DNA of 35,859 bases from Lachnospiraceae bacterium (GTDB taxonomy: Bacteria > Bacillota > Clostridia > Lachnospirales > Lachnospiraceae): positions 1 through 35,859 of the forward strand of contig DPJQ01000217.1 in the NCBI GenBank assembly GCA_003542935.1, written 5' to 3'. The notes below the pieces were generated by a model. That model made no database searches. It saw only the letters and a program-made list of their open reading frames with translations, and had not been told where the DNA came from. Shown in pieces: positions 26,107-34,596 of the stretch (positions within the stretch are counted from its first letter, which is position 1; each line of letters begins with the position of its first letter). Made by a program: the position numbers and the translations under genes.

Positions 26107-27720
26107 CTATTCCACATAAATCAATGTGCCGTGGTTTGCGGGAAGCTGAACTTCGAGCCTGCCGTCCTGGAGGTGAAGCTCGGGTCCTTCGATCTCCCTG
26201 GGCGGCGCCTGCATGGCCAGAGGCATACGGAATTCACGGGCATAACCGTCGATGAGAGAGATGAGTCCGTCGGCATCACTGTGGAGCTGCTCGATGGTGC
26301 AGGTATCCTCCCCGGAACCGGTCAGTGTATCGGCGGCTGACTGCAAACGCTGGAGGGCCGTGCGGATATCGGCGGCCATGAACTGTAGCTTTTTGGCCTT
26401 CTCTGCCTCGCGGTGCTCGTTTTCTGCCTGTTCCGCCAGAGGATCCTGCTCGTTTTCTCCCGCGTCAATCAGTATGTCTGTGGCCCGGGTAGCGGCAATG
26501 GGCAGCGGGATAGAAATGACGGCGTATCGGTCGTCATTGTTCAGCGCTGCGATGACGGCCCGTCCGTTGAGCACACGGGCAAAGGCATACTGGCGGTTCT
26601 GCAGATACAGCTCCCGGTATTCGCCATAGGTCAGCTCAGGATACAGCTGTTTGCAGCGGCCCAGCTGTACGATCAGGTGGGTCAGTTCATTATCTTCGTA
26701 GGCATCTCTATAGTCAGACAGCTCCAGGCAGGGGCGCAGGCTCCAGTCGGAGCCCCATTCTTTTTTCCCTTCGATGCCAAACTCCGTACCATAGTACAGG
26801 GAAGGAATGCCGGGCAGGGTGTAATTCAGGATCATGACCGGACGCAGATGGGCTTTGTTGTTTAGCTTTGTGGCCAGGCGCTCCACGTCATGGTTATCCA
26901 CGAAGGTATAGAGGGGCGTATTGCCGCAGATACCCAGCAGACGGCGTACGGAGTGGGCGATTTCGAAATAATTGTGGTCATTGTGGCCGGAATACAGCCC
27001 CTTGTGGAGCTCGTAATTGGTGACGGAGTGGAGCATTTCGTTGTTGGCCCAACGGCTGTAATCGCCATGGATTACCTCCCCCATCAGCCAGAATTCCGGC
27101 TTCAGGCTGTCGGTCAGTTTCCGGAGCTGGCGCATGAAATTGTGGTCCAACACATCGGCTGCGTCCAGGCGGATGCCGTCAATGTCAAACTCCGATACCC
27201 AGAAACGGACGGAATCGAACAGGTAGTTTTGCACCTCGGGATTCCACTGGTTCAGTTTGACCAGCAGATTGTAGCCGCCCCAGTTGTCGTAGGAGAAACC
27301 GTCGTTGTACTCATTGTTTCCGTAAAAATTCACATTGCAGTACCAGTCTTTGTAGCGGGAATTTTCCCGATGTTCTTTTAAATCCTGAAAGGCGAAGAAG
27401 CTTCTGCCCGTATGGTTGAATACGCCGTCCACGATGACATGGAGGCCGATGCTGTGGCAGTAGCTGACATAATTTTTGAATTCCCCGTTGGTTCCCAGGC
27501 GCCGGTCCACTTTCCGGTAATCGGTGGTTTCGTAGCCGTGCCCCTCGGACTCAAAGAGAGGGCCAATATAGATGGCCGTACAGCCCAGCTTCCTTGCGTG
27601 GTCGGCCCAGGCTTTCAGTTTGCCGAAATGGTGTCCCTCCTCTCCATGGTTTTCGTGGGGGCATCCGCAGAGCCCCAGTGGATAAATGTGATAAAATACT
27701 GCGCTGTCATACCAGGCCAT
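26107..27720 (-). CDS. Glycoside hydrolase family 13 (alpha-amylase family) enzyme with a C-terminal extension
   Basis: Start at the ATG at 27720 (AAGGAGA RBS), giving MAWYDSAVFYHIYPLG. GH13 regions DGVFNHTG, GIRLDAADVL, WLMGEVIHG and FVDNHDV are present. About 110 aa of coiled/charged C-terminal tail follow. Confidence 0.85.
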   Translation of the reverse strand: MAWYDSAVFYHIYPLGLCGCPHENHGEEGHHFGKLKAWADHARKLGCTAIYIGPLFESEGHGYETTDYRKVDRRLGTNGEFKNYVSYCHSIGLHVIVDGVFNHTGRSFFAFQDLKEHRENSRYKDWYCNVNFYGNNEYNDGFSYDNWGGYNLLVKLNQWNPEVQNYLFDSVRFWVSEFDIDGIRLDAADVLDHNFMRQLRKLTDSLKPEFWLMGEVIHGDYSRWANNEMLHSVTNYELHKGLYSGHNDHNYFEIAHSVRRLLGICGNTPLYTFVDNHDVERLATKLNNKAHLRPVMILNYTLPGIPSLYYGTEFGIEGKKEWGSDWSLRPCLELSDYRDAYEDNELTHLIVQLGRCKQLYPELTYGEYRELYLQNRQYAFARVLNGRAVIAALNNDDRYAVISIPLPIAATRATDILIDAGENEQDPLAEQAENEHREAEKAKKLQFMAADIRTALQRLQSAADTLTGSGEDTCTIEQLHSDADGLISLIDGYAREFRMPLAMQAPPREIEGPELHLQDGRLEVQLPANHGTLIYVE

Positions 27721-27820
27721 AGAGTGATCTCCTTTGCTATAGTAGTTAAAAATAACAGAACCCTTCTGTCTGACAGAACGGAAAAATTTTCTGTTCCGTT
27801 CAATGGAGGGTGGCATGATG

Positions 27821-27845
27821 AAAAAAACCGCCGCCGGCAGTTTTT
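27821..27845 (-). terminator. Putative terminator after the DtxR/MntR-family gene
   Basis: The minus strand reads AAAAACTGCCGGCGGCGGTTTTTTT: a short GC-rich hairpin flanked by an A-run and a T7 run. It overlaps the TAA stop. Confidence 0.5.
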
Positions 27846-28221
27846 ATTCATGGAAATGATATTTGTATACGTGAGCCTTGATGGCCTCAAAGCTTTCCGG
27901 GCTGACCACATGTTCCATGCGGCAGGCGTCCTCTGCGGCTGTCCGTGGATTGACTCCCAGATCAATCAGCCAACGGGACAAAAGCGTGTGCCGCTCATAG
28001 ATCATAGATGCGATTTCGTTTCCCTTTTCCGTCAGAGAGATAAACCCGTTCTCGTCGGTGACAATGTAACCGCCAGTGCGAAGATTTTTCATAGCTACGC
28101 TGACACTGGGTTTGGAAAACCCCAGTTCGGAGGCGATGTCCGTGGAGCGCACATATCCCTTTCTGTTGTGCAGGATCAGGATAGTCTCCAGGTAGTTTTC
28201 AGCTGATTCCTGAATTTTCAT
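27844..28221 (-). CDS. DtxR/MntR-family metal-dependent transcriptional repressor
   Basis: 125 aa. MKIQESAENYLETILIL...GYVRSTDIASELGFSKPSVSVAMKNLRTGGYI is a winged HTH, followed by the dimerisation/metal-binding helices (IYERHTLLSRWLIDLGV...AAEDACRMEHVVS). Confidence 0.85.
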   Translation of the reverse strand: MKIQESAENYLETILILHNRKGYVRSTDIASELGFSKPSVSVAMKNLRTGGYIVTDENGFISLTEKGNEIASMIYERHTLLSRWLIDLGVNPRTAAEDACRMEHVVSPESFEAIKAHVYKYHFHE

Positions 28222-28283
28222 AAGTTCCTCCTATATTTATATAGGCTCATCGGGGGATGGCCCGCGTCAATACAACAATAGGT

Positions 28284-28312
28284 ATTATAGCATTAACCGG
28301 GATGATAGGCAA
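28284..28312 (-). promoter_or_regulatory. Candidate sigma-A promoter of the DtxR/MntR-family gene
   Basis: The minus strand reads TTGCCT (28312..28307), 17-nt spacer, TATAAT (28289..28284). Confidence 0.5.
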
Positions 28313-28469
28313 CCTTTGGATGCCGCTTTTGCCCTCATAAAACACCAGTCTCCCTGTGGCGGAAAGCCAAAAAGCATGGGGCGGTTTTTGCACAGCAAAA
28401 CTCGGAATGCCGCCCCCAATCGTTACTTTGAGCGGCCTCCAGGCCGTGAAAAGTAACGATGATACCGGA

Positions 28470-28498
28470 TTGTCAATTGGGGGCAGTTCTGTTATAAT
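28470..28498 (+). promoter_or_regulatory. Candidate sigma-A promoter of aroK
   Basis: TTGTCA (28470-28475), 17-nt spacer, TATAAT (28493-28498), 30 nt upstream of the ATG. GGAGGGGGG RBS region. Confidence 0.55.
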
Positions 28499-28527
28499 GG
28501 CACAGAGACGGAGGGGGGCAGGAGATT

Positions 28528-29031
28528 ATGGGTAATATTGTTTTGATCGGTATGCCGGGAGTTGGCAAGAGCACCATCGGCGTGATTCTGGCTAAAGAGA
28601 TCGGGTATCAGTTCGTGGATTCGGATCTGCTGATCCAGAAGACGGAAGGGAAGCTGCTCAAGGAAATCATAGCCGAGAGAGGCGTGGACGGTTTTCTGGC
28701 GGTGGAGGACAGGGTCAATGCTTCCATCAAGGCAGAGAGGAGCGTGATCGCCACCGGCGGCAGCGTAATATATGGCGAGGCGGCTATGAAACATTTCAAA
28801 GAGACGGCCCTGGTGGTCTATCTGAGCTGTCCCTTTGCCAGGCTGGAGAGACGGCTGGGAGACCTGAAAGGGCGCGGCGTGGTGGTCAAGGACGGACAGA
28901 CCCTCCGGGATATTTACGAGGAGCGCTGCAGGCTGTATGAGCGGTATGCGGATGTGACGGTGGATGAAGGCGACCACGGGATAGAGGAAACGCTGGAGCT
29001 GCTGGTCAGAGAGATAGAGACATTGATCTGA
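28528..29031 (+). CDS. aroK: Shikimate kinase
   Basis: MGNIVLIGMPGVGKSTIGVILAKEIGYQFVDSDLLIQ...IATGGG(S)V. Size (167 aa) and motifs are typical. Confidence 0.9.
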   Translation: MGNIVLIGMPGVGKSTIGVILAKEIGYQFVDSDLLIQKTEGKLLKEIIAERGVDGFLAVEDRVNASIKAERSVIATGGSVIYGEAAMKHFKETALVVYLSCPFARLERRLGDLKGRGVVVKDGQTLRDIYEERCRLYERYADVTVDEGDHGIEETLELLVREIETLI

Positions 29032-29102
29032 GGCGGCCGGGCACAGATTTCTGAACGGTGCGCCAATGAGGCGCAGGATGGTTTATTTTACAGGAGATAA
29101 AG

Positions 29103-30347
29103 ATGGACGAAAAGAGACCAGGGAGGAGACGGGCGAGGCAGATTTCCGTTTTCCCGTTTTTTGTGTATGCGGCGGTGCTGATCCTCATGCTGGGAGCGGC
29201 GGTGACGCGGGCCCGGGACGGAGAGACGGTTTCCCGCCGGGAGCAGAAGAAAAATGCGGAAGCTCAGGCGGAGCCGGCCGGAGGAAACAGTACAGGACAG
29301 AATACGGGGGAGGGACAGCCCATATCGGGTGAAGCGGTTCAGACGGCGGGTGTGTCCGATCCCATGAGGACGCAGAGCACCGGTGAAACGGGCGAACAGG
29401 CGCCGGGGCAGACGGCTACCCCTTTAGCCGGATCCGGCCAGGTACAGGTGACCATAAGCGCCGCCGGGGACTGTACGCTGGGCACGGACGAGTATTTTGA
29501 CGCCGCCACCAGCCTGCCGGCCATGTATCAGGCGAAGGGAGCAGACTGGTTTTTTGCCGGGGTGAAAAATATTTTTGCGGCGGATGATCTGACCCTGGTA
29601 AATCTGGAGGGAACTTTTACCACATCCACAGCCCGGGCGGATAAAACATACGCTTTTAAAGCTGATCCGGAATATGTGGGTATCCTTACAGCGGGAAGTG
29701 TGGAAGCAGTCAATGTGGCGAATAATCACAGCCGCGATTACGGGGAACAGAGCTATACGGATACGGTGAGCGCCGTGGAGGCGGCAGGGATTGCCGTGTC
29801 GGGTTATGATAAAGTGGCGTTGGTGGAAAAAAACGGTGTTAAGATCGGCATGACGGGATTAAGCACCCTGTCCGGCATGGAGGGGAAGGAGGAGCAGCTA
29901 AAGACAAATATCGAAAGCCTCCGGGCCCAGGGCGCGAATCTGATCATCACCAATTTCCACTGGGGAGTTGAGAAAGAGAATACGCCCACATCCGACCAGA
30001 TCACTATGGCCCATGCGGCCATCGATGCCGGTTCGGATCTGGTGATTGGCCATCATCCCCATGTCCTGCAGGGTATCGAGGTGTACAAAGGAAAATACAT
30101 ATGCTACAGTCTGGGAAATTTCTGCTTTGGAGGGAACAAAAATCCCGGGGATAAAGATACCATGATTTTTCAACAGACCTTCACCTTTATCAATGGCGCA
30201 CTGCAGACGGATGAGAATGTAAAGATCATTCCCTGCAGCCTGTCCTCCGTGTCGGACCGGAATGATTACCAGCCCACGCCTGTCTCGGGCAGCGAGGCGG
30301 AGAGGATCAACAGGAGGATCGAGGAGTTCAGCAGCAGACTGCATTGA
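29103..30347 (+). CDS. CapA family (PGA_cap) metallophosphatase-like protein, membrane-anchored
   Basis: N-terminal TM helix, low-complexity linker, then ISAAGDCTLGTD...LVNLEGTFT...NVANNHSRDYG...NFHWGVE...GHHPHVLQGIE...YSLGNFCFGG. Confidence 0.85.
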   Translation: MDEKRPGRRRARQISVFPFFVYAAVLILMLGAAVTRARDGETVSRREQKKNAEAQAEPAGGNSTGQNTGEGQPISGEAVQTAGVSDPMRTQSTGETGEQAPGQTATPLAGSGQVQVTISAAGDCTLGTDEYFDAATSLPAMYQAKGADWFFAGVKNIFAADDLTLVNLEGTFTTSTARADKTYAFKADPEYVGILTAGSVEAVNVANNHSRDYGEQSYTDTVSAVEAAGIAVSGYDKVALVEKNGVKIGMTGLSTLSGMEGKEEQLKTNIESLRAQGANLIITNFHWGVEKENTPTSDQITMAHAAIDAGSDLVIGHHPHVLQGIEVYKGKYICYSLGNFCFGGNKNPGDKDTMIFQQTFTFINGALQTDENVKIIPCSLSSVSDRNDYQPTPVSGSEAERINRRIEEFSSRLH

Positions 30348-30504
30348 CCGGTCCGGCGGTATGGAAAAGCGGATGAGGGAAATTATCTGTATGACCGCCG
30401 ATTGAAAACATGCGGGGTAAAGCCCGTGAAATGATAGGCAGGCTGAGAGCGGTTGCGATGGATAAAGCCTGTATCCTATATAAAGCAGAACAGGAGGTTT
30501 TACT

Positions 30505-31476
30505 ATGAAGAGAAATGTTACCATTCCGGAAACCGATCTGGTGCTGTCCCCTATGGGGCTGGGGGCAGTGAATGCGGGGCTTCGCTGGGACGGGCCCGAT
30601 GCGGACAGGATCTTTGACGCGTTTCTTGATCTGGGCGGCAATGTGATCGATACGGCGCGGGTGTATTCGGACTGGATCCCGCCGGAGATCGGCCGTTCCG
30701 AGAGGGCGGTGGGTGACTGGCTGGAGAGGAGCGGCAAGAGGAGCCGGGTGGTGCTGGTTACCAAGGGAGGCCATCCGGTGATGACAGGCCCCCATCCGGA
30801 TCTCCATGTAAACCGTGTGGCCCGTGCGGATATGGAACAGGATATCGATCTGTCTTTGAAGGCTCTGCGGACGGATCATATCGATATTTATTTTTACCAC
30901 CGTGATGATCAGACAATACCGGTGGAGGCACTGGTCGATACCATGGAAAGCTTTGTGAAAGCCGGAAAGATCCGCTATTACGGCTGTTCCAACTGGACCA
31001 CGGACCGCATGAAAGCGGCGGATGCCTACGCCAAGAAGATGGGATACCGCGGTTTTGCGGCGAATCAGGCCCTGCTGAACCTGGGCTCCAAATACATGAA
31101 TCCCCTGGAGGATGATACACTGGTTTATGTCAAGGAGAAAATGTACCGGTATCATGATGAAAACAGAGGAAATCTGCTGATGCCCTACATGGGCGTGTGC
31201 GGCGGCTTTTTCTCCGCCTATGCGGCCAGGGGGGAGGAGGCCGTGAAGGACAGCCCCTATGCCACACCGGAAAATCTGGCTTTTGCGAGGCGGATCGGTG
31301 AGCTTCAGGAAAAATATCATGCCTCGCCGATCCAGCTGGCCCTCGGGTATTTTACCCTGCAGAAATTTCCCTGCATCCCGCTGTACGGCCCCCGCGACGT
31401 AGCCTCCCTGGAGGATGCCGCCGGGACGTTTGATATCGCGTTTGAGCGCGGGGATTACGAGAAATATCTGTATTAA
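30505..31476 (+). CDS. Aldo/keto reductase
   Basis: 323 aa. ...LGLGAVNAG...GGNVIDTARVYS...IDIYFYHRDD...IRYYGCSNW... are AKR-family motifs. AGGAGG RBS. Confidence 0.9.
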   Translation: MKRNVTIPETDLVLSPMGLGAVNAGLRWDGPDADRIFDAFLDLGGNVIDTARVYSDWIPPEIGRSERAVGDWLERSGKRSRVVLVTKGGHPVMTGPHPDLHVNRVARADMEQDIDLSLKALRTDHIDIYFYHRDDQTIPVEALVDTMESFVKAGKIRYYGCSNWTTDRMKAADAYAKKMGYRGFAANQALLNLGSKYMNPLEDDTLVYVKEKMYRYHDENRGNLLMPYMGVCGGFFSAYAARGEEAVKDSPYATPENLAFARRIGELQEKYHASPIQLALGYFTLQKFPCIPLYGPRDVASLEDAAGTFDIAFERGDYEKYLY

Positions 31477-31500
31477 AAGTGATTTAGGTGTGTAAAAATC

Positions 31501-32310
31501 ATGAACGATATAACCTATGCTTTTCCAAAGCTCAAAGGGGTGGATCCGTCCTGTTATATAGATGCCTATTCTCTGGTTCTGCTGTGCAGCCAGGCCCACA
31601 CGCCGAGAAGCTTTACGATGAAGCTTCTGGAAAAACTGAAAAAGATATGTCCTTATGATGAGGCTATAGTGTTTTTCCTCAATGAGAATAAAAAGATCAC
31701 GGGGCAGTACAGCGTCGGCGTCAAAGAAGAATGGGTAAACATTTATCTGGAATATTATATGGATGAAGTGCCTAAAACGAATCCCGCTTTTGCGATTCAG
31801 CAGAACCTCCGGGAAACTGACTGGGAAAAGACGGTAAATATTATTGACTGGAGCCAGTACTCCGGCACGGAGTTCATTCAGAACTATATAAACGGCAGAG
31901 GATTAAAATACTCCTGGGGCTTTACCTTTTTCGATATGAACGGAAATTACCGGGTGACGATTTCCCTTGACAGAAAGACGGAATCCCCGTTTACGAGGCG
32001 GGAGCAGACCTGCTTCCGCCTCGCCCTGCCGATTCTCAACAATATGTACCGGAACTTTTTTTACTCGGGCATTGACACGTCCAGTAAAAAGAAGCAATCC
32101 CAGTGGGAAAGGTACAATTTTACGGCAAGGGAGGCTGAGATCGCCAATCTGCTCTGCCAGGGAACCACGGTGAAAAATATCAGCTCCATCTTGTATATAG
32201 AAGTATCGACAACCTATAAACATATGGCTCACATCTATAAAAAGGCGGGGGTGTCCTCGAAACAGGAGCTCCTGGTGGAATTGCTGCAGGGCAGGGATAC
32301 GTGGGAGTGA
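31501..32310 (+). CDS. LuxR-family (GerE-type HTH) transcriptional regulator with an uncharacterised N-terminal domain
   Basis: The C-terminus FTAREAEIANLLCQGTTVKNISSILYIEVSTTYKHMAHIYKKAGVSSKQELL is a LuxR/GerE HTH. The roughly 200-aa N-terminal domain matched nothing I recognise. Confidence 0.75.
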   Translation: MNDITYAFPKLKGVDPSCYIDAYSLVLLCSQAHTPRSFTMKLLEKLKKICPYDEAIVFFLNENKKITGQYSVGVKEEWVNIYLEYYMDEVPKTNPAFAIQQNLRETDWEKTVNIIDWSQYSGTEFIQNYINGRGLKYSWGFTFFDMNGNYRVTISLDRKTESPFTRREQTCFRLALPILNNMYRNFFYSGIDTSSKKKQSQWERYNFTAREAEIANLLCQGTTVKNISSILYIEVSTTYKHMAHIYKKAGVSSKQELLVELLQGRDTWE

Positions 32311-32314
32311 CGGC

Positions 32315-32373
32315 AATACTCAGTATTAGGTATTTTTTGGAATAAATCCGAAAGATACATAATACTGAGTATT
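32315..32373. repeat. Two copies of the palindromic 13-mer AATACT(C/G)AGTATT; a terminator stem and/or paired operator sites
   Basis: AATACTCAGTATT at 32315-32327 and AATACTGAGTATT at 32361-32373. They are mutually complementary (13-bp stem, 33-nt loop), and the second is followed by TTTTT. Confidence 0.5.
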
Positions 32374-32497
32374 TTTTGCTTATTGTGCAAATATACCGAA
32401 AATTGGGTATATTGATAAGAAAAATAAGATAGTATGATGAACCTGTCAAGTATTGATGGCTGCCGGATCGGCATGTCACACAAACAGGAGGAAAAAA

Positions 32498-33370
32498 ATG
32501 GCTGAGAAAAAAATGTCTATGTCAACCGTTCACAGAGGGAGAAAAAATCTTGCGTATCTTCAGAAAATGAAAGAAAAGGGAGAGAAAATCGTACAGATGT
32601 GTCCGGCGGAGCTCGGACCGGTATTTGGCCTGGCGGCAGAGATGGTGGGATGCGATATCCTTCGTACCCCCGGACTTTTGTCCATGCGTACGGGACAGGA
32701 TCAGACTTATGACCAGGCGATCAGCAGGCTGTCGGTCATGAAGTACCGTGAATACGTGCAGAATATCCACATCAATTTCTTTATTCCCATCAGTCTGTAC
32801 GCGGACAAGGTGGACGCGGTAAAATACGGCGCGGAGATGGTATTCGCCGGTGCGGATTCCATCCTTGCCATGGGAGTAACCAATGACACGCTGAAATTTA
32901 TGTCAGACAACTATGTGCCCACCTACGGCCATATCGGCGCCGTCTCCGGCTGGCAGACCAATGCGACCGGTTACGCTAAAGTGGGAAGGACTGCGGAGGA
33001 CGCTTTCCGGATCTTTAAGTGGGGCTACGAATATCAGGAGAATGGCATGGGCGGCATGACCATAGAGCTGACGCCCATGGAGGTTTCTCAGGCAATCGCG
33101 GAAAAACTGAGAGTACCTGTAGTGGCCATCGCCGCCGGTGCGCCCTGCGACGGTTCCGAGATGGTCGATATGGATACCTTCGGCATGATGCCGAAACCGG
33201 CCGGACATGCAAAAGTATACGCAGAGCTGCTGCCGTTCCTGTGCGAAGCCTATATGGCCTGGGCGGAGGATGTCCGGAGCGGGGCTTATCCGGAGGAGAA
33301 ACACGGCTACCACATGGATCCGGAAGAGCTGGAGAAATTTAATGAAATGATGGACAAGTTTGAGGCATAG
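32498..33370 (+). CDS. PanB-like (3-methyl-2-oxobutanoate hydroxymethyltransferase family) protein, divergent
   Basis: Start at the ATG at 32498 (AGGAGG RBS). It matches PanB by eye at LQKMKEKGEKIVQM, GHIGAVSGW, VVAIAAGAPCDGSEMVDMD and the C-terminal GAYPEEKHGY. The GDSLG and ADLPF equivalents are absent. Confidence 0.65.
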   Translation: MAEKKMSMSTVHRGRKNLAYLQKMKEKGEKIVQMCPAELGPVFGLAAEMVGCDILRTPGLLSMRTGQDQTYDQAISRLSVMKYREYVQNIHINFFIPISLYADKVDAVKYGAEMVFAGADSILAMGVTNDTLKFMSDNYVPTYGHIGAVSGWQTNATGYAKVGRTAEDAFRIFKWGYEYQENGMGGMTIELTPMEVSQAIAEKLRVPVVAIAAGAPCDGSEMVDMDTFGMMPKPAGHAKVYAELLPFLCEAYMAWAEDVRSGAYPEEKHGYHMDPEELEKFNEMMDKFEA

Positions 33371-33397
33371 ACCGGAAATACACAGGGAGGTATGAGT

Positions 33398-33616
33398 ATG
33401 GCTGTCAGTTCAAAAAGTAAACTGCGGGAAATCGTCGCGGATGAGAGGGCCGTGAATATTATTGATGAATATGTTCCGGGATTTATGGAGCAGTCCGAGG
33501 CTATGGGGCCGTGCATGGGTATGAAGATTGATACATTGCTGAAATTCCCGCAGGTGGGTATCGCCCGGGATAAAGTGGCAGAGATATGTGAAAGGCTGGA
33601 CGCGCTGGACGCATAA
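33398..33616 (+). CDS. Small hypothetical protein (72 aa; alternative start at 33392)
   Basis: ORF immediately downstream of the PanB-like gene, with GGGAGG upstream. No family recognised. Confidence 0.4.
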   Translation: MAVSSKSKLREIVADERAVNIIDEYVPGFMEQSEAMGPCMGMKIDTLLKFPQVGIARDKVAEICERLDALDA

Positions 33617-33641
33617 GGCAAAAAGCAGTTTACACAGTGGC

Positions 33642-33667
33642 GGCGCAGGTTTTGGCCTGCGCCTTTT
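33642..33667 (+). terminator. Rho-independent terminator after the small ORF
   Basis: GGCGCAGG / CCTGCGCC 8-bp stem, 6-nt loop, followed by TTTT. Confidence 0.65.
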
Positions 33668-33750
33668 GAGGCCGGCGCACCGTGCCATATGTGTTTGGTA
33701 TAGAGTGCCGGGCAGCAAAAGTGTGAGATAACAGGAAGAGGGGTGAAAGG

Positions 33751-34566
33751 ATGGCAGGTCGTTTAGAGGGTAAGGTGGCGCTTGTCACAGGCGCCGGATC
33801 CGGTATGGGGAAAGCCATAGCGCTGGATTACATAAAAGAGGGGGCGAAAATAGTCGGATTTGATATTCTCGAATCCAGGCTAAAGGAGCTGGAAGAAGAA
33901 GTTGCCGGTGACGGCCATACAGACCGGCTGGTGACGTTTGTCGGCGATATTTGTAAAAATGAAGATTGCGAGGGGGCTGTCGCCTGCTGCGTGGAGCACT
34001 ATGGCACATTGAATGTCCTGTCCCACAACGCGGGCATCAGTGACAAAATGTATCCGGTGCATCGGCTTCCGGACGAAGAATGGGATCGCCTGATTGCCAT
34101 AAATCTGACGGGATCCATGAAAATATCCCGTGCCGCCCTGCGGTATTTCAAGAAGCAGGCAGATGAAAACGGCGGCGAGTTCGAGGCCGCCATGGTCATG
34201 ATTACGTCCAATGCGGCATTTGAATCGGCTACAGGGGGCCCCGCGTATTCTGCCTCAAAGGCAGGAGCCAATGCCCTGGCCAAAGCGATCGCTTTCGAGT
34301 ACGGACGAATCGGTGTGCGCTGCAACACGATCTGCCCGGGGCCGGTGCTGACCAATATCGTATCCGGGATGGCGGATTTTGATCCGGAGGGGATTGAGCT
34401 GCACAATAAGAGCGGCTATAACAGTGACGCGTGGAAGTGGACAGGCGGTGTGCTCGGTATGCCGGAGGATATCTCTCCGCTGGCCGTATATCTGGCCAGC
34501 GACGAGTCAAAGTATATGAACGGAAATTCCTGCGTGATCGATTCCGGCGTATGTCTTTCCCGGTGA
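33751..34566 (+). CDS. SDR-family oxidoreductase
   Basis: LEGKVALVTGAGSGMGKAIA (TGxxxGxG), NAG, and a catalytic YSASK motif. 271 aa. Confidence 0.9.
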   Translation: MAGRLEGKVALVTGAGSGMGKAIALDYIKEGAKIVGFDILESRLKELEEEVAGDGHTDRLVTFVGDICKNEDCEGAVACCVEHYGTLNVLSHNAGISDKMYPVHRLPDEEWDRLIAINLTGSMKISRAALRYFKKQADENGGEFEAAMVMITSNAAFESATGGPAYSASKAGANALAKAIAFEYGRIGVRCNTICPGPVLTNIVSGMADFDPEGIELHNKSGYNSDAWKWTGGVLGMPEDISPLAVYLASDESKYMNGNSCVIDSGVCLSR

Positions 34567-34596
34567 GATAAAGAAAAAGGATGAGACAGGAAATAT

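Noticed and set aside
28396-28484. A cloverleaf-like set of stems that could suggest a tRNA or tRNA-like gene.
   Set aside because: There is no T-loop (GTTCRANNC) or D-loop consensus. The stem lengths (9 bp outer, 9 bp inner) do not fit tRNA geometry.
30443-30449. CTGAGAG in the aldo/keto reductase leader, reminiscent of the TPP riboswitch core.
   Set aside because: The rest of the THI-box consensus (the ACCTGATCTGGATAATGCCAGCG-like arm) is absent, and the downstream gene is unrelated to thiamine.
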